The notes below the pieces were generated by a model, which was not told the DNA's origin, made no database searches, and saw only the letters and a list, made by a program, of their open reading frames with translations. From an uncultured Planctomycetaceae bacterium (GTDB taxonomy: Bacteria; Planctomycetota; Planctomycetia; Isosphaerales; Isosphaeraceae): a stretch of DNA of 64,000 nucleotides. The position numbers were made by a program, and so were the translations under genes. The stretch spans positions 2,368,001-2,432,000 of the forward strand of contig CAWIAD010000002.1 in the NCBI GenBank assembly GCA_963833985.1, written 5' to 3'. Shown piece after piece: positions 1-11,363 of the stretch (the first letter of the stretch is position 1; each line of letters starts with the position of its first letter).

Positions 1-332
1 CCGCCGAGGGGGTCCAGCGATCATCCTCTTGGAGCAGGGCCAGCCGTTCCGCCCGCGTCAAAACGTTGCGCGCGGGCCAGACCGCCCCCTTTTTTCAAGC
101 TCTTGTCAAGCGACATCGGGTCTCTCCGTGCATGCCGGGGCGCTCAAGTTCGTGCTCGCTGACGTCGGCCTGCACGGACGAACGAGCTGCGTTCCCGGGC
201 AGGTGAGGCGGGCCATTCTTGAGGAAAGTCCCTAGCTTAACCGCCCGCTGCCGGTGCTGCAAGCGCAGGTGCGGGTGGACGAAGCAGCGAAGCAACCCGG
301 CGGATGCCGGCCAGCCGGCGTCCCGGGACCGT

Positions 333-605
333 TCAAGGCCCGACGCCGAGGTGGCTTTCGATCTCGCGAGCCTCCGAGCTCCAGCCGCCCGTGAGACGAT
401 TATTCTTGAAGAATGGCTGCGGCTTCTTCGGGTCCGAGTCGACCGCCTGGATCTTGGTCGAATCAGCCTCCGCCGCCGCTGCCTCGGCCTCGGTGGCCTG
501 GTTCTGCGACCGCGTGGCCTGGCGCAGGCTCTCACAGCCGGCGATCCCCGCGGCAGCGGCCACGGCCATTACATTCAGGAAAACACAGCGGCGCGTCATC
601 GCCAT
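333..605 (-). CDS. small secreted lipoprotein (Tat-like RR signal + lipobox)
   Basis: MAMTRRCVFLNVMAVAAAAGIAG-C: twin-arginine-like N-region, hydrophobic stretch, IAGC lipobox; C-terminus GGWSSEAREIESHLGV; start trimmed from ORF 333..728. Confidence 0.6.
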   Translation of the reverse strand: MAMTRRCVFLNVMAVAAAAGIAGCESLRQATRSQNQATEAEAAAAEADSTKIQAVDSDPKKPQPFFKNNRLTGGWSSEAREIESHLGVGP

Positions 606-737
606 GGCATCCTCGCTCGTGACGGGCGCCCGAGTCGGCGCACCGTTGAGGTTAACGAGAGTGTGACAACCCGAACGGAAATGATTTGCTGATCGAGCGG
701 AGATGTCCGGCGTGATCGGCCGCAGCATGCCAGAAAA

Positions 738-2231
738 CTAGCCTTCGGTCCAGCCGGATTTCGCCGTCTCCTCGGGCCAGAACAAAAGCAAGGCGGCCAG
801 GCCCGCCAGCGGCAAGGCTCCGACGATGAGGAAATCGGGCGCGAATCCGTGGCGGCCCTGCGAGATCCATCCGGCGACGGGCATGAACCCGGCTGCGAAC
901 AGGTTTCCCAGGCCGCCGAGATAGCCGATCACCAGCCCCGTGTGCGCGGGCGCCACATCCTGGCAGAAGGCAAAGTAATTGGCCATATACGCGGCGGTGC
1001 CCAGGGCCGCCAGGCACAGCAGCACCACCACGAGCACCTCGGACCCCGTGAACCCGACCCAGATCGCGGAGCTCACCAGCACAAAAGAGCCCACCATGAC
1101 CCGCTTGCGTGCCGTTGTCGTGCTCAACCCGCGGCGCGTGAGCCGTTGCACCAGTCCGCCGCCTCCCAGGTTGCCCAGGTCGGCGGCCAGAAACGGCAAG
1201 GCGCTGAACATGCCTCCAACAAGCATGCCGAGACTGCGTTCCTCCTGGAAGAAGGTCGGCATCCAGTTCACCAGAAAGTGCCAGGTCACGTTGATGGTGG
1301 TTCCGACCAGGGCCGCAACCCAGAACTGGCGTCTGCGGACGATCTCACCGAGGCTGCGCGCCCAGTCGGCCCCGGCCAGCCAGCCCGGCGGCATGATCAC
1401 GGATGCGATCAACAAGCCGATCAGGAGAGTGGCCACGCCCCACCAGATGGCGGCACCACGCCACGCGGCGGGCAGGATCTGCCAGCCAATCACGCTCATG
1501 ACGAGTGCGCTGATCGCGACCGCGGCGAACCCCAGCCTGGCCCCTGGAGCAAGCCCGGTTGCTCTGGATGGCTCACGTGGTCGAGCCGCCCTTGTGAGCC
1601 GGTCTCCCGTGCAGAGCAACCACGCGACGACCCAGATCAGCCCGCCGCACCCGAGCATCACGAAGGGATAGCGCCAGCCCCTGTGCACGGCCAGCGGTGT
1701 GACCAGCAGAGGGGTGAGAACCGCCCCGATGGCTGCCCCCGAATTGAAGATACCGTTGCCCAGGCTGCGATCGGCGGGCGGCAGTACGGCGGAGGTGACG
1801 CGCAAGGCACAGGGCCAGTTGAAGGACTCGCCCATTCCCAGGAAGGCCCGGCAGGTCATGAGCACGGCCAGGGTGGGCGAGTACGCGGTGGCGATTCCGG
1901 CCAGCGACCACCAGAAGACCGCCCCCGCGTAGCTGAGCCGGACGTTCCAGCGGTCTGCCAGGTAGCCTGACGGCCACTGAAAGAACGCGTAGGTGAGCTG
2001 GAATGCCGCCATGACCCAGCCGAACCCCAGGTTGTCGATTGCGAATTCTTGCTTGAGCTGGGGGCCCACGAGCGCCACCGCCTGACGGTCCATGTAGTTC
2101 AGTACGGTCGATGCGAACATCAACCAGCAAAGTCCCCAGGCCCACCATCCCGGTCGGAGCGGCGATGTTCCAGAAGCCTGTTCCGCGGACGCCGGGTGGC
2201 TGCTGCCGTCACGGCTTGGACTCGTGGGCAT
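738..2231 (-). CDS. MFS transporter (ACS/hexuronate ExuT-like)
   Basis: LNYMDRQ, GYLADRWN, RAFLGMGES, GNGIFNSGAAIG motifs; about 12 hydrophobic segments. Confidence 0.9.
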   Translation of the reverse strand: MPTSPSRDGSSHPASAEQASGTSPLRPGWWAWGLCWLMFASTVLNYMDRQAVALVGPQLKQEFAIDNLGFGWVMAAFQLTYAFFQWPSGYLADRWNVRLSYAGAVFWWSLAGIATAYSPTLAVLMTCRAFLGMGESFNWPCALRVTSAVLPPADRSLGNGIFNSGAAIGAVLTPLLVTPLAVHRGWRYPFVMLGCGGLIWVVAWLLCTGDRLTRAARPREPSRATGLAPGARLGFAAVAISALVMSVIGWQILPAAWRGAAIWWGVATLLIGLLIASVIMPPGWLAGADWARSLGEIVRRRQFWVAALVGTTINVTWHFLVNWMPTFFQEERSLGMLVGGMFSALPFLAADLGNLGGGGLVQRLTRRGLSTTTARKRVMVGSFVLVSSAIWVGFTGSEVLVVVLLCLAALGTAAYMANYFAFCQDVAPAHTGLVIGYLGGLGNLFAAGFMPVAGWISQGRHGFAPDFLIVGALPLAGLAALLLFWPEETAKSGWTEG

Positions 2232-2415
2232 GGAAGCGCTCCCCCTTGCAACCCCGCGCCGGTGTTACCGGCCCTGCTCGGGCCGGGCCGTAGCTACCTT
2301 GTCAGAAAGGAAACGGGCGCACAACCGGGAACAGTTTTGCGCGCTCGCAAGCAGGATGCACGAGTGCCCTTTCGCAAGGACGCTTTGGCCGTAACGGCTG
2401 CGGCAGGTAAGATGG

Positions 2416-5400
2416 ATGGATCGATCCGGCGACCTGTCTGGAGACAGGAAGATGACCGGGCAACCAGGGGATGGGACCGAGATGGAGCCGATGAAACGAT
2501 CCGCAGCGGAATCGAGCAAGCCCCGACGCCGGCTGCGGTGGCTGCTTGGCGGTGCATTCTGTGGCCTGGGTGGGCTGGCGCTGCTGGTGCTGGCGCTCCC
2601 GTGGATCATCGAACTGCCCCCGATGCAACGCCTGCTGGCCAGCGCGGCGAGCCGGGTCATGGCCCCGGGCACCGTGCGGTTCGGGCACCTGCGCGTGTTC
2701 TGGAACCGCTCCACCGAGATCGAGGACCTGGTCTTGCGCGATGCCCAGGGCGATGACATCGTGACCGCGCCTGCCGCTCGGTTCAGCTGGAGCCTCTGGC
2801 AGGTCATGGTGACGCGGCCCAGGACCTCAACACTCTCGCTCGATCGTGCCGCGGTGGACATCGAGCGCACGGCCAGCGGCCAGGTCGACCTGCTGGAGAC
2901 GCTCAAGCCCATCCTCAAGGACGAACCGGATCGCACGCTCCTGGTGCGCATCACCGGTGGCAAGCTACGGTTCCGCGCGGCGGGCCTGGAACAGCCGTTC
3001 CTGGCCGACCCCGCGGACATTGACCTGGACCTCAACGCCTATCCCGAGCCGATCGCCTGGCGGCTCAAGCTTGAGCGCACCGTGGACAGATCGCCGGCGG
3101 GCCGCGTGGACGTGCAGGGGAGCATGAGCCGCGACAAGGAGAGCGGCGGCTTGCCCGAGGATCTGAACCTGGCCATCCGGGGCGAGCGCTGGCCGGTGGT
3201 CTTCTCGAACCCGCGACTGAACGCCCGGTGCGCGTTCAGCGGCGCGATCGACGTGCGCCATGCCGGCGGCGAGCTTCGGCTCGAGGGCGATACTCATCTG
3301 CTGGATGTTCAAGCCGGCGGCCCCGCGCTTGCGGGGGATGAACTGCACTGGGCCGAGGTTACCGCGGCGTGGATCGTCGGCCGCGGCCACGGCGTCTGGT
3401 CCGCGGACCATCTCGATATCGGCTTGCCGGTAGGGTCTCTCAAGGCCTCGGGGGCCTTCCCTCCGGACCGCGACCGAGGCGCCCATGTTGCCGCGAGGCT
3501 CGACCTGGCGGGGCTCGCACGGCAGCTTCCCAGGACTCTCCATCTCCGCGATGACCTGACCCTGGAGCAGGGATCGCTCGAGCTTCAGGCGGACGCCAGC
3601 GGCGACGTCGACAAAGCCGGGCAACTCATCGCGGCGACCGCCCGCCTGACCGATCTGGCCGCCCGCCTGGGATCGCGCGAACTTTCCTTCCGCGACCCCG
3701 CGAACTTCCGTGCCCGATTGCACCGGCAGTCCGGGCGTATGGAAGTGGAGCAACTGGATGTCCAGACGCCCTTCCTGACAGCCCAGGGGCGCGGGGACCT
3801 GGACCGGGGGGTCGACGTGTCGGCCGTGATCGACCTGGAAGCCGCCTCCAGGAGGCTCCACGACTGGCTGGACCTGGGACGCATCGATCTTGCCGGGAAA
3901 GGAACCGTGCAGGCCACGTATCAGCACTCCAGCGGCCGCTACGCGCTTGATGCCAGTACGGAGTTCCGGGGGCTGAAGATCGCGGGCGCGCCCGTCGTCG
4001 AGACCTTTCAGCGCGATACGATCGCCGGCAAGCTCAAGGCGGCCGGGCCGGCGGCCGATTCAGGCCTGCCGACGCGGCTCGATGAGCTGTCGATCTCGGC
4101 CAGGAGCGGAGTCGACGACATTCGCATCGGCGCCTCGCGTGATGCGAGCGGTTCGCTGGCCCGCTTCGAGGCGTTCGCGCGGACGCAGCTCGTAGCGGCC
4201 GGCAAGAAGCAGCAAGTGAACGCCACCATGCAGGCGCGTTGGGGTGACGCCGAAGTGACGCTCGACCCGATTGCGCTGGTGATCGAGCCCGTCGTCGGCC
4301 CGGGTGGACAATTCCTGCCAGGTGAGCCGTCGCGCTGGTCCGGAAAAGGAACGTACCATCTTACGAGGGATGAGCTTGCGATCACCGCCGACCCCCAGCC
4401 GGCCGGCAGCAGACCACTCGCGCTGGCGCCCGCGACGATTCACGCCGGAGGATTCAAGACCCGCGATGCCGCCTGGTTTGAAGCCCGGCTCAACGGAGAC
4501 GTGGCCGCACTGAGCCGGCTGGCGAAATGGGAGCAGCCGCTGGATGGTGCTCTGGCTGGTTCGGTCAGCGGCCGGCAGGGCGGCGCGGCTGGGAGCTCGC
4601 CGCCGGCATGCAGGTCCATGACCTGGCCCGGATGAGCGAGCCCAAGGATCGCACCATCCTCGCCCGCGACGCCTCGGCCAGCGTGCGCGGGCTGCTGACC
4701 AGCAAGCTCGACCGGCTCGAGATCGCAAAACTCGAGGTGGTCACTCCTTATGGACGTCTGGACGGTGCGGGGCCGGTGCACGACCTGGCGGGTCATCCCC
4801 GGTTCGACCTCCGAGGGTCGCTGGCCCCGGACTGGAAAGCACTGACGGATTTGCTGGCGGAGCGCGTCGAGCCTGGAGCCTCGATCAGCGGTTCCCCGCG
4901 CGGCTGGCGGCTGGCGGGCACGCTGCCGGAAGCGGGCGCAAAAGACCCGCTGGCGGGCCTGAATGGTGAGCTGGGAGTGAACTTGCAGCAGGTGGATGTC
5001 TTCGGGATGCGCCTCAGCCGGTCCGCACTGGTCGTCAAGCTCGTCGATGGCAAGACACGGATCGACCCGATCGACGGGACGCTGAACTCGGGCCGACTGC
5101 ACCTCGAGCCGGAGGTCATGACTGACACGCAAGGCCAGACGTGGCTGCATCTCGGAACGGCCTCGGGACTGCTGGACGCGGTCGTGAACGATGAGGTCTC
5201 CCACCGGGTCCTGCTGTATGTCGCGCCCGTGCTCGACCAGGCCACCCGGGTTCGGGGCCGGGTCTCGGTCGCCCTCAACGACGCGTATTTCCCGATGGGT
5301 GGCGCCTTGAAAGCCGAGCCCCGGATTGACGGCGACGTGCTCTTTGATGCCGTCGAGTTCATGCCCGGGCCGCTCGCCGAACAGCTCCTCAGCGTGTTCA

Positions 5401-6077
5401 AGCTGGAGGAGCGTCCCCTGCTGGTACTCCGGGACCCCGTGTCCGTACGGATGGTCGGCCGCAGGATCTATCAGGAGGGCCTGGTCATCCCCGTGGCCAA
5501 GGTGGCGGCCATCGGCATGGAAGGCTGGGTGGATTTCGACCAGAACCTGGACATGGTGGCGCGCTTCGCCATGGTGCCTCCACGACGGAACATCCCCGTA
5601 CTCTCTGACCTGCTCGAGAACGCCCAGTTTCAGCTTCCCATCACCGGCACGCTCAAGAAGCCAAGGATCGATACCGAAGCGCTCAAGGATCGGTTCAAGG
5701 ACTTTGGCGTGAACCTGCTCGATAACGCGATCGGCGCCGGTGTGAACGCACTGGGCCGGATCATGCAGGGCGGGGCCCGGCGAGACGGCCAGCGGGGAGA
5801 TTTCTTCCCGCCATTCCAGGCACCGGGTGCCGGACAATCTGCGCGGCCTCCCGAGCCGCAGGCCCCAGGGGCGGCGCCTGCCGGCGGTGCCCGCGATTCC
5901 AGCACCAGGAAGCCCCAGGCGGATCCTGTCGATCCCGACGACGATGCCGCGCCCGCACAGAGCCGGCCGGGACAGCTCTCACCCGAGGAGCGGCGGGCCC
6001 AGCGAGAGGAGCGGCGGGCTCGGCGCCTCGATAAACGCGCCGAACGCCGGCTGCGCAGGGGTTTGCCGCCAGAGTGA
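2416..6077 (+). CDS. large AsmA/TamB-like membrane-anchored beta-rich protein (frameshift near 4580)
   Basis: N-terminal TM (RRRLRWLLGG...LALPW) then long beta-rich region; continues in ORF 4527..6077 with AsmA-like C-terminus (GWVDFDQNLDM, LPITGTLKKPRID); two overlapping ORFs joined by one frameshift. Confidence 0.65.
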
Positions 6078-6176
6078 GCCGCGATGCCAGAGAATCCGCT
6101 CACAGGTGCACCATGAGGTGCCGGCGGTGAGACGCCGTGCCGAGCCGGGATCCCGCGGCTGTGCGAGCCGGCTGCC

Positions 6177-7520
6177 ATGTTCGCGATCCTTGACCAGGAG
6201 CCCTCGATGCCGAACCTTCCCGGAGCCGACCCGTACCCGGAACCGCCGCCCGATGACCCGGCCGTGCCGCCCGTCGACGCGGAGCCGGAAAGCCGGCCGG
6301 GCGGTCTGCCGCTCTACGTCTGGGTGATCGTGGCGGTCGTCGTGGCGATTCCTCTGGGACTCCTCTGGGGAGAGGGCGCAACCTCGCTGGAGATCCTGCC
6401 CCGGCTGATTCTCCGTGCACTGACGGCACTGGCGGCTCCGCTCGTGGTGCTGGCGATCCTGAGCGCGATCGTCACCAACGACATCCACGGTCGTCAGGGC
6501 GCACTGATGATGGGCTTTTACCTGGTCAACACACTCGTGGCGATGCTCATCGGCCTGGTGTTTTCCAACCTCGTCCATCCGGGGCGTGGTGCCTCGCTCG
6601 GCGAGCCGGGCGGAGCCCTTCAACCGCTTGCCAGGAAGAGCGTCACCGACCTGTTCATCGAGCTCATCCCGCGCAGCATCGGCGAGGCCTTCTCCCAGAA
6701 CAACCTGGCGCAACTGGTGCTGCTGACGCTGGCACTGGGAATCGGCCTGGTTCAGATCCGCGACGCGCAGCGAGCCCGGGGCGAGAGCACCTTCGAGCCG
6801 GTCATCCATTTGCTGACCATCGGCTTCGAGCTGCTCATGAAGGTCTTGCTCTGGGTGGTGGCCCTCGTGCCGCTGGCGGTCCTGGGCATCGTGGCGTCCA
6901 GCGTGGGGCAGAAGGAGGGAATGCACGTTTTCGTCTCACTCATCTGGTTAATCGTGGTGGTTGTGGCCGGCCTGTGCTGCCAGGTGGTCTGGTATCTGCT
7001 CCAGATGGCGATCGTGGCGCGCATGTCGCCCGTGCGGTTTCTGCGCGGATCGCTCGATGTCATGGCCGGCACGTTCAGCACCGCGAGCACGGCGGCGACC
7101 ATACCGATCACGCTGCGATCCCTGCAAAAGCTGGGTGTCTCGCGGCAATCCAGCCAGTTGACCGCATGCATCGGCACGAATTTCAACAATGACGGCACTG
7201 CGCTCTACCAGGCGACCGCGGTGCTCTTCATGGCACAAGCCCTTGGTTTCGAGCTGACCATCGTCGACCAGGTGATCATCGTGCTCACGACGCTTGTGGC
7301 CAGCGTGGGCGCCGGGGGAATCCCTTCGGGCAGCTTCGTGACCCTGCCGCTGATCTTCGCGGCGGTACGGCTGCCGGCCGAGAAGATTCCAATCCTGCTC
7401 ACGATCGACTGGTTCCTCGATCGCTGCCGCACGACCTCCAACGTGCTTGGCGACATGACCGTGGCGGTTCTACTCGACCGCGTCGGCAAGCCCGCGCTGG
7501 ATGTGGAGGAGACGAACTGA
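6177..7520 (+). CDS. dicarboxylate/amino acid:cation symporter (DAACS, GltP-like)
   Basis: FSTASTAATIP, IGTNFNNDGTALYQA, SVGAGGIP, IDWFLDRCRTTSNVLGD motifs. Confidence 0.93.
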   Translation: MFAILDQEPSMPNLPGADPYPEPPPDDPAVPPVDAEPESRPGGLPLYVWVIVAVVVAIPLGLLWGEGATSLEILPRLILRALTALAAPLVVLAILSAIVTNDIHGRQGALMMGFYLVNTLVAMLIGLVFSNLVHPGRGASLGEPGGALQPLARKSVTDLFIELIPRSIGEAFSQNNLAQLVLLTLALGIGLVQIRDAQRARGESTFEPVIHLLTIGFELLMKVLLWVVALVPLAVLGIVASSVGQKEGMHVFVSLIWLIVVVVAGLCCQVVWYLLQMAIVARMSPVRFLRGSLDVMAGTFSTASTAATIPITLRSLQKLGVSRQSSQLTACIGTNFNNDGTALYQATAVLFMAQALGFELTIVDQVIIVLTTLVASVGAGGIPSGSFVTLPLIFAAVRLPAEKIPILLTIDWFLDRCRTTSNVLGDMTVAVLLDRVGKPALDVEETN

Positions 7521-7651
7521 CCTTCCAGCGCGCCCTTCGCTGTGCTAGGAAAGAGGTCGATCCGGATCCCCACCCTGCGATGCGTTGCCCACGCCGGCCC
7601 TGTTCCGATTGGCTCGTATCACCAGCCCCGGGGCATCGAAGGAGCGAACCC

Positions 7652-8320
7652 ATGCTTCGTCCGCGCTTGCGGTTCAGCACCCGCCACCACCTGGCCGGGA
7701 TCGCAATCGTCGCCGTTGTGCTTGCGTCCGGCATCGGCGTCCATCGGTTTGTGCGGTCGCACTTCACCTACCAGCAGCGCGCCCGGGAACAGGGAGAGGC
7801 GGAGCAGGAGGCACTCGCTCTCGCGGGCATGGCCGCGGAGATTGTGCAGGCGTACGATGCGGCCGAAGCGAAGGTCAAGGACCAGGTCCAGCAAGCTCCT
7901 CTCGATGAGCATGACCAGGCCAGAATGCGGGAGCTGATGAAGGACGATCCGGAGTTTCAACGCGTCGCCTGGAGCCTCGACCGGCAAAAGGCGATCCAGG
8001 CTGAGATGCAGAGGGGCATCCGTGATTTCGAACAGATCGCACGCACGCGTGCAGGCGAGTACACCCGGCGGAGGCAGGTTTACGAGTATGCGGCCTCTCA
8101 TCCCTGGCTTTCCGTGCCCGCGGACCCTGGCAGTACAGACGCTGATGCCCCTGATCTGAATTTGATGTTCATGACTGCCATGGCCAGTATGGAAACGAAG
8201 GCGGATGAGATCGACACACTGCCCATGCCGCCTCGCCTGCGGATTGGCGACAGCGGCGATCAGGCGTCCGGAACCAGTTCGACGAGGACGGAGCCAGGCG
8301 GCCGTCACCAGCCGCGCTAA
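7652..8320 (+). CDS. hypothetical membrane-anchored protein
   Basis: MLRPRLRFSTRHHLAGIAIVAVVL N-terminus and YEYAASHPWLSVPADP motif, a style common in planctomycete hypotheticals; GAAGGAG RBS upstream. Confidence 0.65.
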   Translation: MLRPRLRFSTRHHLAGIAIVAVVLASGIGVHRFVRSHFTYQQRAREQGEAEQEALALAGMAAEIVQAYDAAEAKVKDQVQQAPLDEHDQARMRELMKDDPEFQRVAWSLDRQKAIQAEMQRGIRDFEQIARTRAGEYTRRRQVYEYAASHPWLSVPADPGSTDADAPDLNLMFMTAMASMETKADEIDTLPMPPRLRIGDSGDQASGTSSTRTEPGGRHQPR

Positions 8321-8418
8321 GGTTTTCTGTCACGCGCCAGGTTCTCCGCTAGGCGACCCGTTTCATGGTCCCTATGATAGAAATACCTGTGTTTTCGTGA
8401 GGACCCGGAGACCCGCAG

Positions 8419-8628
8419 ATGAAGAACCTGGTCGTCTATTTCCTGGATGGCAAGTGGTACGGTGAGGAAGCATCCTACAAGCGATCGGGAAGCGGCTTTT
8501 ACAGGGAATACAGCCGCATCGAGGTTCCCCAGTCGAAGGCCGAGATCGAGCGGTTCGCCGCCGAGAACCGCTACAAGATCGAGTGGCGTGGGCTGATTCC
8601 CACCGAGGCGGTCACGGCGACCACGTGA
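8419..8628 (+). CDS. small hypothetical protein (69 aa)
   Basis: ATG with GGAG RBS, protein-like composition, fills the gap between genes. Confidence 0.6.
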   Translation: MKNLVVYFLDGKWYGEEASYKRSGSGFYREYSRIEVPQSKAEIERFAAENRYKIEWRGLIPTEAVTATT

Positions 8629-8668
8629 CCCGGCAAGGGTTTGCACGCCGATCCGCGCCGCTCACGGC

Positions 8669-9049
8669 TCACTTGCCCAGCGGCGCTTGCCTCCAGACGA
8701 TCTGGCAACGATTTCCTTCCGGGTCCTTGAAGAAGCATGTCTTCATAGCGGCGGTGTCCACGACCGTCTCCGGCTCGAAGACCATGCCGCGTTGCTCCAG
8801 CTCGGATCGCTTCGCCGCCAGGTCGTCCACCACGAACGCCACGTGACAGACCCAGCGCTGGTTGACGGCGTTCTCGCCCTGGGGACGGCCGATGATCTCC
8901 AGCGCCATGCCATGATCATCGGCCAGGAAGAATCCGGGCGGGTCGCCCCCGCTCTCCAGCACGACCTTCATTCCCAGTGCGTCCACGTAAAAGTCCTTCA
9001 GCGTGGGCGAGTTGGCGGCGTAGATCGCGAAGTGCTCGAGGCGTGCCAT
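8669..9049 (-). CDS. VOC/glyoxalase family protein
   Basis: LEHFAI...FYVDALGM, HVAFVVDDL, FFKDPEGNRCQI; AAGGAG RBS. Confidence 0.9.
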   Translation of the reverse strand: MARLEHFAIYAANSPTLKDFYVDALGMKVVLESGGDPPGFFLADDHGMALEIIGRPQGENAVNQRWVCHVAFVVDDLAAKRSELEQRGMVFEPETVVDTAAMKTCFFKDPEGNRCQIVWRQAPLGK

Positions 9050-9076
9050 GGTGGCGTTCTCCTTTGCAACGGAAGT

Positions 9077-9586
9077 TCAGGAGCCGGTACGCTTGCGGTT
9101 CCCGGCACCTTTCCTGCCGGCTTTCCTGCCTGCCAGGGCCATGATGGTCTTCCATTCTCCGTCGCTCACCGGCTGAATGGAGAGACGCGATCCCTTGCGC
9201 AGCAGCTCCATGCCGGCAAGCTCGGGAATTTCCTTGAGGCGGGGCAAGCCCAGCGGCGGATCAATCGATTGTACCGCCCTGATGGAAACCTGATACCAGG
9301 TGGGGCTGGCAGGGTCGCTCCTGGGATCATGGTGATCGGAGTTCGGCTCGAACGCGGTCGGGTCGGGATGCCCCGCGCGGACGACCTCGGCGATGCCTGC
9401 GATGCACGGGGGCTCGGCATTCGAGTGGTAGAAGAGCACTCCGTCGCCCACCTGGATCGTGTCGCGCAGGTAGTTCCGCGCCTGGTAGTTGCGGACGCCG
9501 TCCCAGCCCGTGGTCTGGTCAGGCTCGGCCAGCAGGTGCGGGAATCCATAGACTTCCGGTTCGGACTTGAAAAGCCAGTAGGCCAT
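9077..9586 (-). CDS. EVE domain protein
   Basis: YWLFKSEP, WDGVRNYQARN, GDGVLFYHS, SRLSIQPV. Confidence 0.95.
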   Translation of the reverse strand: MAYWLFKSEPEVYGFPHLLAEPDQTTGWDGVRNYQARNYLRDTIQVGDGVLFYHSNAEPPCIAGIAEVVRAGHPDPTAFEPNSDHHDPRSDPASPTWYQVSIRAVQSIDPPLGLPRLKEIPELAGMELLRKGSRLSIQPVSDGEWKTIMALAGRKAGRKGAGNRKRTGS

Positions 9587-9619
9587 GGGTGCAGGAACCT
9601 CGTCAGGCGGCTTGCGTGC

Positions 9620-10034
9620 TCAGGAACCGCGCGGGCGCTGGTTCCGTTCGATCGCGCCGAGCAGGTCGATCATCCTGGAGAGTTTTTCGTCGAGCGTGTC
9701 CATTCTCGTTTCCATCCTCTTCCTGAACTCGGCTGTGCGGCCCCGCGCTTCCTCGCTTCGCTCCATCTCATGCTTGACCATTGCGAGCTGTTCGTCCTGT
9801 CGCCTGCGCGGCGCGGAGGACGAAACGGATGATCACGAGAAAGATGATCGCTGGGAGCAGCAGGATGATCCAGACCAGAAGGCTGGACTCGCCCTGCGGA
9901 GGCCCCTCGGCGGCGAAGGCCCCGGGCGCCGCGCACAGGGCAAGCAACATCAGCGCGGCACAATGCCGAGCGCATGGGAGATTCTCCTCTCTGTGCTTCG
10001 CTCCACGAGCCTGGAGACGGCGAGCTCGCGGCAT
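9620..10034 (-). CDS. hypothetical membrane protein with C-terminal coiled coil (frameshift near 9800)
   Basis: Signal + TM segment in ORF 9768..10034; another frame continues EQLAMVKHEMERSEEARGRTAEFRKRMETRMDTLDEKLSRMIDLLGAIERNQRPRGS to TGA at 9620; start uncertain. Confidence 0.5.
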
Positions 10035-10142
10035 GACCGACGCTCAGGCTCGCCTGCGCCGTGCCGGCCAGCGGTAGTATCATAAGGGTCGCGTGTCCAG
10101 AACGAAACAGCCGATGGTCGCCGGGGGCGGGGGCGTCAGGAA

Positions 10143-11342
10143 ATGCCGGTGGGAGATCCTGAGAGCAAACCCCGGCTTGCGGTCCTCACGGCTCACGGCC
10201 GCGGTGCGATAGCGGTGGTTCGCGTCTGGGGCAGGGGGGCCGTCGAGATCACCGATGCGGTCTTCCGGCCGGCCCGCGGCAGAACCCTGGCCAGTACCAG
10301 GCCGGGTCGACTGCGGCTGGGAAGGATCGGCGGGGGCGTCGGCGACGAGGTGGTGGCCGTCGTGCTCGACGAACGACCGCCCGCCGTCGAGATTCAATGC
10401 CATGGCGGCGTCGCGGCCATGAACCTCGTGGTCGACGCACTCGTGGAAGCTGGGGCGGTCGCGGCCGTCGCGACTCACGGGGGCGGTCATTCCGGAACAT
10501 CAGCCTTGAAAACCGCTGCCTTTTCCGACCTGGCCCGGGCTCCCACGCTGCGCACGGCCGAGATCTTGCTCGAGCAAGCCAGTGGCGCTCTGGATGGCGA
10601 ACTGCTGCGGCTGACCGAGGAGCTACGCGACCGGAGAGCCTGCTCACTTCAACATCTGGACCGGCTGATCGCGCGCGGCCGGGTGGGCCTGAGGCTCATC
10701 ACAGGCTGGCGCGTCGTGATCGCCGGCCGGCCCAACGTGGGCAAGAGCCGGCTCCTGAATGCCCTGGCGGGATACCAGCGAGTGATCGTGGACCCTACGC
10801 CCGGCACGACCCGCGATGCGGTCACCGCGCTGCTGGCATTCGACGGCTGGCCCGTCGAGCTCGTGGATACCGCAGGCTTGAGGAAGACCAGCGACGTGAT
10901 CGAGCGCCTGGGAATCGAGCAATCCCGCCGCCAGGCGGACGCGGCGGACCTGCTGCTGCTGTGTCTTGACCTCAGCCGAGCCCTCACGCCCGAGGACAAC
11001 CTCGTTCCGGGGCATGAGAGGCCTTGCCTGCTCGTCGCCACCAAGGCCGACCTGCCGGCAGCGTGGGACGTCACGAGGCTCTCGCCCTCCGGCAAAGCCG
11101 CCTGCGTCGTTTCCGCCGAGTCCGGCGCAGGACTCGAGGCGCTGATCGCCGCAATCGTGTCGGTCCTGGTGCCCGATCTTCCGGAACCCGGCGCAGGAGT
11201 TCCATTCCGCCCCGAACACCTCGGAGCGCTGGAGCGGGCGCGACTGGCGCTCAGCGCGGGAGACCACGAGCTGGCGATTCAGGGCCTCTTGACGTTGGTC
11301 GGGGCCAGGAACCGATCCGCGGCCGCACGACAGTCAGAGTAG
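10143..11342 (+). CDS. mnmE: tRNA modification GTPase MnmE/TrmE (short form)
   Basis: GRGAIAVVRVWG, VEIQCHGG, GRPNVGKS, PGTTRD, DTAG, TKAD; lacks the C-terminal FCIGK tail. Confidence 0.85.
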   Translation: MPVGDPESKPRLAVLTAHGRGAIAVVRVWGRGAVEITDAVFRPARGRTLASTRPGRLRLGRIGGGVGDEVVAVVLDERPPAVEIQCHGGVAAMNLVVDALVEAGAVAAVATHGGGHSGTSALKTAAFSDLARAPTLRTAEILLEQASGALDGELLRLTEELRDRRACSLQHLDRLIARGRVGLRLITGWRVVIAGRPNVGKSRLLNALAGYQRVIVDPTPGTTRDAVTALLAFDGWPVELVDTAGLRKTSDVIERLGIEQSRRQADAADLLLLCLDLSRALTPEDNLVPGHERPCLLVATKADLPAAWDVTRLSPSGKAACVVSAESGAGLEALIAAIVSVLVPDLPEPGAGVPFRPEHLGALERARLALSAGDHELAIQGLLTLVGARNRSAAARQSE

Positions 11343-11363
11343 CGATTACGACGGTCGGTACGT

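Noticed and set aside
1..24. start of a minus-strand gene (ATG at 24 with AAGAGG RBS)
   Set aside because: Only 8 codons lie in the window, so it cannot be supported or identified.
8669..11342. EVE + VOC + MnmE as a modified-base defence or RNA-modification system
   Set aside because: The EVE is a stand-alone type with no fused or adjacent nuclease, and mnmE is divergent; adjacency alone is not evidence.
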